Origin: Candidatus Hecatella orcuttiae
Lineage (GTDB): Archaea; Thermoproteota; Bathyarchaeia; Hecatellales; Hecatellaceae
Length of the DNA stretch: 64,000 bases
Assembly (NCBI GenBank): GCA_002011035.2
Contig: MTLY02000001.1
Span: 384,001 to 448,000, forward strand
Direction: 5' to 3'
Below are positions 19,209 through 27,155 of the stretch, piece by piece (within the stretch, counting starts at the first letter, position 1; each line of letters opens with the position of its first letter). Position numbers and translations under genes: made by a program. The notes beneath the pieces are model-generated. The model did not search any database. It saw only the letters and a list, made by a program, of their open reading frames with translations, and was not told the origin of the DNA.

Positions 19209-20216
19209 TCATCTGACGACAACATAATCTTCGCTTATTTTTTCCTCAACCTCTTCCGTCGCTTTTAAGGCTTCGTCTACTGAAACGGGTACAAATCTAT
19301 GCACATCTCCAGCAAAGGATTGCCCGAGTTTTGAAATGTCAATACCAACAACCGTCGCTGGTTTAGCGAATCCTCCCAATGTTATCGCGTCAACAACCAA
19401 GCATATCAGTTGTGTGGAACACCATTGAAGACTACCGGGAATCGTTGGGTCGTCAACGATATTAGAAGGATCTTTACCTACAACTTTTTGTAGGTATTCA
19501 GGTACAGGTTTGAAATCTAGCTTCGGCCCAACGTACCTATAGCCAACCCTGTCAGCTTTGAGTGAAACTTCCCATTCTGTTTTAAGAAAGAGGTCTATGC
19601 TTTCCTCCGTAAACAGATAATCTTGAGGCCCGAGTATTACCCGGATTTCCTGCCGATGAGGGTAGACTGGAATCTCTCTTTTCTTAAATTCTCTTCCTTC
19701 AAGCTCCTTGAGGGGTCTTTTGGGTTCACCTACTTCTATTATATCGCCGCTTTTCAGGGGTCTTCCCCCTAGGCCTCCAATTCTCCCCCGAACGTAAGTA
19801 GACCTACTCCCAAAGTATTGCGGGACATTTATCCCTCCTGCGACACAGAGGTAAGCTCTGCAACCACTCCTCGGAAAATTGAAGGATAGAATCTCCCCTT
19901 TCCTAAAGGTTATAGCTTTCCACATAGGTACGAATTCATTGTTTAATATGGGAGTTAAATCTGCGCCAGTTATGCTTATGACCATGTCTTTTAGCGCCCT
20001 AACTTTGAATCTAGCCGACATAATCTCTATTCCAGCGTCGCCTGGTTTTCTACCGAGCAGCGGGCCTCCAGTATCGTTTCCTACAAGTAGGTTTCCAATT
20101 CTGAAGGCGAAATTGTCGAAGGCTCCAGAGGGGGGAATACCTATAGCTTGGTACCCAGCTCGTCCACAATCTTGAATGGTTGTTTGAATCCCCCCGTCGA
20201 GGATTTCAAGCATCAA
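19209..20216 (-). CDS. biotin-dependent carboxyltransferase family A/B domain protein (PxpC/KipA/allophanate hydrolase subunit 2-like)
   Basis: QTTIQD.GR.GY..GIPPSGA.D, G.RAYL.V.GG, GSRST, GPQD, DRVGYR, GGFAK motifs. Confidence 0.88.
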   Translation of the reverse strand: MMLEILDGGIQTTIQDCGRAGYQAIGIPPSGAFDNFAFRIGNLLVGNDTGGPLLGRKPGDAGIEIMSARFKVRALKDMVISITGADLTPILNNEFVPMWKAITFRKGEILSFNFPRSGCRAYLCVAGGINVPQYFGSRSTYVRGRIGGLGGRPLKSGDIIEVGEPKRPLKELEGREFKKREIPVYPHRQEIRVILGPQDYLFTEESIDLFLKTEWEVSLKADRVGYRYVGPKLDFKPVPEYLQKVVGKDPSNIVDDPTIPGSLQWCSTQLICLVVDAITLGGFAKPATVVGIDISKLGQSFAGDVHRFVPVSVDEALKATEEVEEKISEDYVVVR

Positions 20217-21085
20217 ATTTTCCCTCCATACTTCTCCAGATATTCTTTTACGTTAAAGGTTTCAGATTTGATGTTAGCCTCATAGTCACAGGTTCCTTCC
20301 TCAACTTTTCTCCTTATTTCCCGGTACTCATCTTCACCTATGGGAATAAACCTCACACGATCGCCTACTTTGATGAAGACAGGGGAATCTTTGAAGATCC
20401 TGTTTTTCTGTTCAGGTTCATAGGTATTCCAAGGAGATATACCGATCAGGGGGATGCCTCCCGCCCCCCGGATGGAGTACATGCAGAAAAATATTCCAGC
20501 TGTACCTATGGCGCCTGCATTGGGAGGAGTCCATGTTCTCGGAATCTTGTATTTCGGCCCAACGATTCTCACACTTGGATCTAGAGGAGCCGCCGTCCAG
20601 AAACCCGGCGTGAAACCTACAGCCACAACCCACCAATCAGTACCTGAATGCTTCTTTATCAGTTCATCGACGGTCATTCCGTTGTATTTCGCCAAAAACT
20701 CTATGTTTGTTTCGCACCCTCCCCCATAATCATGAGGCCAATTGTCCCAGTGAGCTTTCGCGCATTCCCGGGTGTAAGGGTCATCGTACCAGAAAGGCCA
20801 TTTGATAAGCCTTGAAGGCAGTTCTTTAAGCTCTTTCATTTCCGATTCTACTTTTTTTAACTCTTTAACAAGTTTTTCTCTGCTTATTACCTTTGGGTCG
20901 TAGATAACAGCTAGAGACCTGATAACAGGGTTAACTTCTACAATTCCAGGTATGTCGCTTTCCTTTATGGCTAAATTGAAAGCTACGACACGAAAGTTTA
21001 AGAGGAGACTTGGCTCGTCTCCAAATTCGATAAGAACACTTTTTTCGCCAAGAGGCCTATAGGCTGTTTTCTTGTAGACAACCAT
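20213..21085 (-). CDS. carboxyltransferase C/D domain protein (PxpB/KipI-like, long urea-carboxylase-type form)
   Basis: PLGEKSVLIEFG, YDP, GFTPG, PRTWTP, GDRVRF.PI; contains WYDDP and NIEFLAKYNG segments. Confidence 0.85.
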   Translation of the reverse strand: MVVYKKTAYRPLGEKSVLIEFGDEPSLLLNFRVVAFNLAIKESDIPGIVEVNPVIRSLAVIYDPKVISREKLVKELKKVESEMKELKELPSRLIKWPFWYDDPYTRECAKAHWDNWPHDYGGGCETNIEFLAKYNGMTVDELIKKHSGTDWWVVAVGFTPGFWTAAPLDPSVRIVGPKYKIPRTWTPPNAGAIGTAGIFFCMYSIRGAGGIPLIGISPWNTYEPEQKNRIFKDSPVFIKVGDRVRFIPIGEDEYREIRRKVEEGTCDYEANIKSETFNVKEYLEKYGGKI

Positions 21086-21130
21086 ACTGGCACCTTCAAT
21101 TTATGGTGAAGAAAAAATTTGAAGGGAGCT

Positions 21131-22093
21131 TCAAGGCTTGCCCTTCTTTTCGTACTCTATACAGAGTTTAAACCCTTCGGTAGGCTGGTATTTTGGCTCG
21201 TATCCCAGTTCTCGACGGGCTCTTTCGATACTTATATGCCCAGTTGCGCAATCCCATTCAGGAACCAATCCCGGCCCAATTTCTATGACGGCGTCCGGTA
21301 TGAGCTTCTTGATTATCTCCGCAACTTCACCCACAGTATGGGGTTTACCCAAAGCAATGTTGAAAACTCTGTGTTCAAGCTTATCCGGTTCAACGTCAAG
21401 AGCCTTTAAAACTCCTTGAACAACGTCAAAAACACATACCGGGTCGAACCTTAGATCCCGTCCCCTAGGCAGCTTAGTTGGGATACCGTGGATTGCGTTT
21501 ACCAAGATCGATAGAGGTTCTTCGCCGGGCGGCTGCCCTGGACCGTAGACTGCTGAGGGTCGGATGGATATCACATCTAACCCGTAGAGGGCATAATATA
21601 GAGCGCCCCACCTTTCAGCCAAGTATTTTGTCACGTTGTAGACACCTTCAAGGGGGTTGCACGGATGGTCTTCATCTACAGGCTCATATTGAGTTTTTCC
21701 ATAAACCCAGTAAGAACTGAAGTTTACCACCCTTTTAATTCCTGTGAGCCTCGCAGCTTCAAATATATTCGCTGAGCCTATCACGTTAACGTTTATGGTC
21801 CTCATCGGCTGTAGATGGGTTCCAGCTCTCCAACCAATGGCCGCCGTGTGAACTATTTTTTCAACCTTGTTTTCTCTTAGAGTGGAGATTATGTAAGCGA
21901 GGTCTAATAGGTCTCCTCTCACGATTTTCAGGCTGTCTTCCTTAAGCCCAGCGAATCTTCGCATGTCCGGGGCTACATCGTAGACTACAACCTTATCTCC
22001 CCGTTCAACCAGAGCTCTGACTACCTGGGAACCTATGAATCCTCCACCTGTTAACAAAACTGTTGTCACAGCTTTATTCCTCCGAACCGACAT
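21131..22093 (-). CDS. NAD-dependent epimerase/dehydratase (extended SDR)
   Basis: LTGG.GFIG-like motif, HTAA, YNVTK catalytic YxxxK, VYGPG. Confidence 0.88.
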   Translation of the reverse strand: MSVRRNKAVTTVLLTGGGFIGSQVVRALVERGDKVVVYDVAPDMRRFAGLKEDSLKIVRGDLLDLAYIISTLRENKVEKIVHTAAIGWRAGTHLQPMRTINVNVIGSANIFEAARLTGIKRVVNFSSYWVYGKTQYEPVDEDHPCNPLEGVYNVTKYLAERWGALYYALYGLDVISIRPSAVYGPGQPPGEEPLSILVNAIHGIPTKLPRGRDLRFDPVCVFDVVQGVLKALDVEPDKLEHRVFNIALGKPHTVGEVAEIIKKLIPDAVIEIGPGLVPEWDCATGHISIERARRELGYEPKYQPTEGFKLCIEYEKKGKP

Positions 22094-22140
22094 TTCTCTA
22101 TATGAATAGTGAAAGAGTTAGCTTTTTAACTCTTATGCCA

Positions 22141-22157
22141 TTTTTTATTATAAAAAA
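22141..22157. promoter_or_regulatory. perfect AT-rich palindrome upstream of the SDR-carboxyltransferase operon (candidate operator)
   Basis: TTTTTTAT-T-ATAAAAAA about 50 bp upstream of ATG 22093. Confidence 0.3.
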
Positions 22158-22334
22158 CCGGCTACAGTTCTTCCAGCAAATTGTTCGCCTTCGAGCTTCT
22201 AAAAGGCTCTTTCACGGTGAAAGTTATCCGGTAAGTTGGAACATAGCTGAGAACCTTGCCCTTCTGACGGAGGTGTTCGGAAAGGTTCCGTTTAAAACTT
22301 TCGCCTCTAGGGCTACCAGCGGCTGTTTGTTACT

Positions 22335-22712
22335 TTAAGCTCGCTGAGTAGGAGATGGCGCTTCTTTCGACTCTATTATCTTTAAATTTATTTGCGCCGT
22401 GTCCTCGGTTATCATATTACCTCTGATGGTCTTTCTCCTTCTCTCCCCTTCCCTTTTGGGCTTAAATCCCGTTCCTCCGCTTAAAATCACTTTCGCCTTG
22501 ACTCCGCCGTGAACGTCTTCTCTTAGGGGGAAGCCGTCTTTGTCGGTTCCTCCGGTGATCCGCAGTTTAACGCCGCTAAGCCCTACTACTGAGCCGTCTA
22601 GTTCTTCCCCCAGCCGTCTCCCCAACAGAGGGACGGCTTTGGCTCCTTCCAGCTCTACTGAGTTGGATTTTCCTGTTTTAGGGTCGGATATCGCTAGCTT
22701 AAATTTGGCCAT
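22335..22712 (-). CDS. rps6e: 30S ribosomal protein eS6
   Basis: FKLAISDPKTG, ITGGTDKDGFP, GERRRKTIRGN, QINLKI. Confidence 0.97.
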   Translation of the reverse strand: MAKFKLAISDPKTGKSNSVELEGAKAVPLLGRRLGEELDGSVVGLSGVKLRITGGTDKDGFPLREDVHGGVKAKVILSGGTGFKPKREGERRRKTIRGNMITEDTAQINLKIIESKEAPSPTQRA

Positions 22713-22849
22713 AGGGCTTCTCCTAGGGGCTTTTACATGTTTCGAGTGAAGTGTAGCATTATGGGTGCAGAAGTATATTAGTTTTCTTGAAAAGTTCGGA
22801 GAAACTTTAGAAGAGGCGGCTGCTTAGGTAAAGGTGGAGAGTAAGCTGT

Positions 22850-23989
22850 ATGAAAGAAAGCATCATGCACATGAGTGTAGATGATCTCAGAACTGAACCT
22901 TTGCTGGTTTCTTCTACGGACCCTCTCACCCGGGTGGTGGGTTTTCTCAAGAAAATGAAATCCTATGAGGCTTTAGTAGTCTCAGAAGGGAAAGTGGGTT
23001 TAATTACTACTAGGGATATCATCACCGCCATATATGCGCCGAACATGAAGGTGAAAAGCTTGGTAAAGATCGTCCCTAGGCTTTCCCGGAAAGATACGGT
23101 GGCTAAGGCTGCGAAAATGATGTCTCAACACAGGATTAGGGTCTTACCTGTCATGGAGCGGGGAGAAATTTTAGGTCAAGTTACAGCTCAGACCATCATC
23201 CGCCAGATGCACCAAGCTGGAGCTTGGAAGCTTAAGGCTAAAGCTGTTATGACCGATAGGCCTGTGACCGTGAAGGCTGAGGACCCCATTGCCAAGGCTC
23301 GAAGCCTCATGGTTAAGATGCAGATAGATCATCTTCCAGTTTTGGAGAACGGTAAGCTTGTGGGAATGCTTACTTCCAGCGATATTGTTTCCAGCCTTTA
23401 CCCGGTTAAGGCTACTGAGATGGGGGCGTGGGTCATGGAGAAACAGAAACGGCTGAAGATGCCTGTGAAGGAACTTGCCAGCTCCCAGATGGCGGTCTGT
23501 GGGTTGGATGAGAGCCTTTCCTCCCTCATGGAAAAACTTCTGAACCAAAACTTCACCTACGTCATGGTCACGCTTTGGGATGAACCTCAGGGGATCATTA
23601 CCTATAGAGATGTCGTAAACCTTGTGGCTGAACCGGCGGCTACTCAGGATATCCCCCTCTACATCATCGGACTTCCAGAGGACCCTTTCGAGGCGGAAGC
23701 GGCTAAAACTAAGTTTATCAGAACGGTAAGTTTACTGAGCCGGAGTTATCCGAGGATTATGGAGGCTCGGTCCACCATCAAAACTTCAGCTTCTGGGGAA
23801 AACAGGCAAAGGCGCCGATATGAGGTGAAGGTGAAGATAAAGACTGATAAGAGAGCTTTTGCCTTCACAGAAAGCGGCTGGGAGCTGCCTCAGATTTTCG
23901 ACCTCGTATCTGGCAGAATTAAAAAGCTTATGGGAAGAAAAACCGTCAGAAGGCCTTCCGTCAGATATGATGAAAAAACCGGGGAATAA
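22850..23989 (+). CDS. four-CBS-domain protein with C-terminal HPF/RaiA-like domain (putative ribosome hibernation factor)
   Basis: two CBS pairs (GLITTRDI, RVLPV..GQVT, DHLPV..GMLTSSDI, GIITYRDV), then a ~95-aa beta-alpha-beta-beta-beta-alpha domain (PLYIIGLP...YEVKVKI...ESGWEL..IFD). Confidence 0.75.
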   Translation: MKESIMHMSVDDLRTEPLLVSSTDPLTRVVGFLKKMKSYEALVVSEGKVGLITTRDIITAIYAPNMKVKSLVKIVPRLSRKDTVAKAAKMMSQHRIRVLPVMERGEILGQVTAQTIIRQMHQAGAWKLKAKAVMTDRPVTVKAEDPIAKARSLMVKMQIDHLPVLENGKLVGMLTSSDIVSSLYPVKATEMGAWVMEKQKRLKMPVKELASSQMAVCGLDESLSSLMEKLLNQNFTYVMVTLWDEPQGIITYRDVVNLVAEPAATQDIPLYIIGLPEDPFEAEAAKTKFIRTVSLLSRSYPRIMEARSTIKTSASGENRQRRRYEVKVKIKTDKRAFAFTESGWELPQIFDLVSGRIKKLMGRKTVRRPSVRYDEKTGE

Positions 23990-24076
23990 GCTCTCATCTC
24001 CTAAGTGCCGGTAGAAAACTTTTTCAACCAGACTTTCTAATGCGTGCTTAGAGCAGCCAGCTTCGGGGTAGGAGCT

Positions 24077-24295
24077 ATGGTGAGATGCGCAAGTTGTGGT
24101 TTGGAAATAAAGGAGCCTATAAAGACGTGGACGGTTACCCTTGGGAAAGTGAAGAGAACGAAGATAACCTACGGCACCTTCCAATGTGATAAATGCCGCA
24201 GAAAATTTAAAGCTACGATTAAGAAGGAGGAAACCTCCCCTGAGCCGAGGCAGACATCAGCCTTTCCACCGCCCTACGTGACCATGATAGTATAA
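24077..24295 (+). CDS. Cren7-like small Zn-ribbon chromatin protein
   Basis: CASC...P.KTW...ITYGTFQCDKCRRKFKA resembles Cren7 P.KVW...IGLFKD...KYFR with two added CxxC; ATG 24077 after GGAG SD. Confidence 0.6.
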   Translation: MVRCASCGLEIKEPIKTWTVTLGKVKRTKITYGTFQCDKCRRKFKATIKKEETSPEPRQTSAFPPPYVTMIV

Positions 24296-24427
24296 TCCGC
24301 AGCCAGATCTAGATTCGCCGAAAAAGTTCAACGAGGCCGGACTGTTTTCTGTCTTCGGTCTCCCAACCGGCAAAACTAGCTTGAGTGAATACAGTCTTTA
24401 AGCTTCGTTTTTTGGAGTCTAAAGTTC

Positions 24428-24439
24428 AAAAGATATAAG
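24428..24439 (+). promoter_or_regulatory. BRE/TATA promoter of tRNA-Arg
   Basis: AAAAGATATAAG about 26 nt upstream of tRNA G1 (24464). Confidence 0.6.
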
Positions 24440-24463
24440 CAGAGGAAACATAATTTTTTAGAA

Positions 24464-24576
24464 GGGCCCGTGGCGCAGCTGGATAGAAAGCCCCCCATAA
24501 AGCGCATCGGCCCTCTATGCGTAACAAGCTCGGGGGAAGCCGGGGGTCAGGGGTTCGAATCCCCTCGGGCCCGCCA
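24464..24576 (+). tRNA. tRNA-Arg(UCU) with two introns (D-loop 20a/21, 24485-24500; canonical 37/38, 24518-24537), C33 anomaly, CCA encoded
   Basis: acceptor GGGCCCG/CGGGCCC-G73-CCA; D stem GCGC/GCGC with A20; anticodon stem TCGGC/GCCGG, loop CCTCTA|A; T arm AGGGG-TTCGAAT-CCCCT; removing both introns gives a 77-nt cloverleaf; T-run follows. Confidence 0.85.
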
Positions 24577-24689
24577 CTTTTTGATGAGGAATCGACTTTA
24601 GTTATCTTGATTTTTGGTGTTGCTTGTCGTGGACTTTTATTCGAGTCATCTTGCTCGTTGCGCTGTGATCTACTGTATGCCCGGATGTT

Positions 24690-25826
24690 TCATGCTAAAC
24701 CTTTTTCTTTGAGTTCGCCGTAGGCCTTGTCGAAGAGGTCCACCGCGCCCCACCTGTTTTGGGAAGCCCACTGTATTAGTTCTTTCAACCCCTCTGTCAA
24801 GCTTACTTTTGCTGTAAAATCCAGTAGTTCTTTTGCGCGGGTTACATTCGCGTAGCAGTGGCGGATATCGCCTTTCCGGTAGGTGTTGGAAATTTTTGGG
24901 ATAAGATGGGAGCCGGTTGCGGTGATCAGGTTCTCCGCCAGTTCGTAAATAGTTCGGGGTTGACCTGAGCCGATGTTGACTGCTTGATGGTCGGCGCGGC
25001 TGGTTTCCAAGGCTTTCAGGTTGGCTTCAGCTACATCTCTTACGTGGATGAAGTCCCGGGTTTGGTTTCCGTCTTCGAATATGTAGGGTTCCCTGTTGTT
25101 GAGGATGCGGCTTGTGAAGATGGCGGCGCATCCTGTGTAGGGGTTTGAAAGGGACTGCCTTGAACCATAGACGTTGAAGTATCGGAGGGCGATGGTGGAG
25201 ATTCCGTAGGTTTTACCTATCAGGAGGCACATTTCCTCTTGATGTCTCTTGGACATGGCGTAGATGGAGGCTGGCATGAGAGGCTTATCTTCGGGGGTGG
25301 GTATGGGTTTTAAAGGCGAGCCGCAGGCGGGGCATGGGTGTTCCCACAGGCTCTTCTTCAACTGGCTTTCGCTGCGCAGGCCTGGATGGGCTTTTGATTC
25401 GCATCTTTCGCAGAAGTATTCTCCCTCCCCGTAGATGCTCATGGAGCTTGCTACGACGACCTTCTTCACTTCATGCTCCTCGTTGACTAGGACGTCTAAC
25501 AGTGTGGCTGTGCTCTTGGTGTTGGAGTCTACGTATTTTTCTATCTGGTACATGGACTGGCCTATCCCCACTGCCGAGGCTAGATGGATTACTGCATCCG
25601 CTTCTTTGACCAGGGGCTTTAGGGTTTCTCTGTTCCCCACGTCGCCTTGGAGAAATTTCGCTTCCTTATTTAGGTAGCTGGGTTTTTTTCCTCGGTGAAC
25701 TTGGGGTTCAAGGTTGTCGAGGATGGTAATTTGGTAGCCGCGCTCAGCTAGGAGGTCGGTGGTGTGGGAGCCTATGAAGCCCGCGCCCCCTGTCACCAGA
25801 ACCTTTTCTATGCCTCTGCTTTTCAT
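24690..25826 (-). CDS. nucleotide-sugar epimerase/dehydratase (SDR) with Zn-finger insertion
   Basis: TGGAGFIG, ASSMSIYGEG, CERC...CPAC insert, YAMSK, RYFNVYG, NPYTG, RKGDIRHC; ATG 25826 preferred. Confidence 0.88.
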   Translation of the reverse strand: MKSRGIEKVLVTGGAGFIGSHTTDLLAERGYQITILDNLEPQVHRGKKPSYLNKEAKFLQGDVGNRETLKPLVKEADAVIHLASAVGIGQSMYQIEKYVDSNTKSTATLLDVLVNEEHEVKKVVVASSMSIYGEGEYFCERCESKAHPGLRSESQLKKSLWEHPCPACGSPLKPIPTPEDKPLMPASIYAMSKRHQEEMCLLIGKTYGISTIALRYFNVYGSRQSLSNPYTGCAAIFTSRILNNREPYIFEDGNQTRDFIHVRDVAEANLKALETSRADHQAVNIGSGQPRTIYELAENLITATGSHLIPKISNTYRKGDIRHCYANVTRAKELLDFTAKVSLTEGLKELIQWASQNRWGAVDLFDKAYGELKEKGLA

Positions 25827-25870
25827 GCCGTCCGACCAGCTTTCCGGATGTCTCAATCCTAGATATTTTT

Positions 25871-26218
25871 TTATCTTTGTTTGAAAAGGAGCTTGTTTTC
25901 GTCAACCCATTTTATAAGGCGGGTAACGCCTTCTTTGGGGCCTACCTTAGGTTTCCAGCCCAGTTTGGCTTTGGCTTTGGATATGTTGGAAACGTAAACT
26001 TTCTGGTCTGCGAGGTCTCCTTTTACCAGTTTGATGTTAGGGTAGTTTGTTTTCAAATAGTTCCAGTTATACGGCTGGTTACCTGTACTTCCGACTAGTA
26101 GGTTGTTCCTTGAGAGGTTGTCTAAGACCACCACTACATCTTGCTGTCGGATGTAGTGTTCGGCGGCATGGGAGCCTATGAATCCGCCTCCGCCTGTGAC
26201 TAGGATCATTTTAACCAC
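25871..26218 (-). pseudogene. internally deleted CDP-paratose/tyvelose-epimerase-like SDR
   Basis: N-terminal TGGGGFIGSH...DNLSR...KGD joined in frame to C-terminal ADQKVYVSNISKAK..LGWKP; catalytic YxxxK core absent; only 115 aa. Confidence 0.8.
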
Positions 26219-26376
26219 GCGGAGAGTTTGGGAAGACGTTTTGGCTGAGTTTTTGTGTTGTTTTTAGATTGGGGGGTTCTTTATTTAAAAGTTGTTTTTA
26301 TTTTGGATTTTTTTGGTTTTGGGTAATGTTTAAATTTGGTTGTTTTTTGTTATTTTTTGTGAGATTTGGTGAGGCT

Positions 26377-26562
26377 GTGTTGGGGGAGTTGTTTGTGGGG
26401 AGGGTTTTGAGGGATGGGAAGGTGACCATTCCTAAGCGTATCAGGGAGTTGGTGGGGGTGGTTGAGGGGGATTATGTGCGGTTGGAGTTGGTGGGGGTGG
26501 TTAAGGCTAAGGTTGCGAGGAGAGGCCGGGGTAGAGTTGGGAGGGGGCGGGGTCGGGTTTGA
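26377..26562 (+). CDS. AbrB/MazE/SpoVT-family DNA-binding protein
   Basis: GRV..DGKVTIPKRIRELVGV.EGDYV swapped-hairpin motif; Arg/Gly tail; start after GGTGAGG SD. Confidence 0.8.
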   Translation: MLGELFVGRVLRDGKVTIPKRIRELVGVVEGDYVRLELVGVVKAKVARRGRGRVGRGRGRV

Positions 26563-27155
26563 GTGCTTTGAAGCATGGGCTCTACCGGTTGGGGTTTATG
26601 CTCTGCGACCGCTGTGTTGTGAATGCCACGTGTGGTAGGTTTCAGCCTGGGGGTGAGTGTGGGTATGAGAAGGAAACCTTCTCCTCCACGGTGGAGAGGC
26701 TGGTGGAGGACTACGGCCTCGAAGGGGTGGCGGATAGGATAATGGCTGAGAGGGCGGCCATGTACTTGATTCGCATTGCTAGGGCGGAAAACTATGAGGC
26801 TAAGGTGGGTGTTTCCGACAGGTCTGCCCTCTGGGGCGGCTACATCGCCACCTTGGACCGGATGCTTCAGGCTATCCTGGGCGAGTTGGCTGTTACCAGG
26901 AGGCAGCGTATTAAGCTTGAGGGGGAGGAGGCGTTGATGGTTAACGTTGAAAGCCTGCTCAAGAGGCTTAAAAGCAGCAGGGGGGTGAAGGTGCCCAAGA
27001 CGGTTTTCAGGCCTGTTGCCCCCTTGGTTGTGTCGAGGATGAGGGAACGGGAAGCCTTGGAGGTGAGGAATAAGATCCTCGGGAGGCTGTTGGAGGGATG
27101 GCTGAGGGAGAAGTCCAGGTTGAAAAGGCTGAGAAAAGCCTCAAAGGCAGAGTGA
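26559..27155 (+). CDS. hypothetical Cys-rich protein, terminase-small-subunit-like
   Basis: starts SALKHGLY (resembles the NALKHG motif of many phage TerS proteins); CDRC..C...C; helical core, L.VTRRQR; TTGA overlap with abrB. Confidence 0.45.
   Translation: MSALKHGLYRLGFMLCDRCVVNATCGRFQPGGECGYEKETFSSTVERLVEDYGLEGVADRIMAERAAMYLIRIARAENYEAKVGVSDRSALWGGYIATLDRMLQAILGELAVTRRQRIKLEGEEALMVNVESLLKRLKSSRGVKVPKTVFRPVAPLVVSRMREREALEVRNKILGRLLEGWLREKSRLKRLRKASKAE

Noticed and set aside
24507-24545. Reading the second tRNA as an amber suppressor (CT-CTA, anticodon CUA) or as tRNA-Pro(CGG) from the intron
   Set aside because: The CUA register needs a C-A mismatch and an extra base before the stem. TAG is an ordinary stop for adk, rpl18, rps8, rpl14 and rnp1 here. 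Acceptor stem, A20 and G73 indicate Arg.
24517-24723. 68-aa ORF starting inside the tRNA-Arg intron
   Set aside because: Overlaps the tRNA and its T-run terminator; no coding signature
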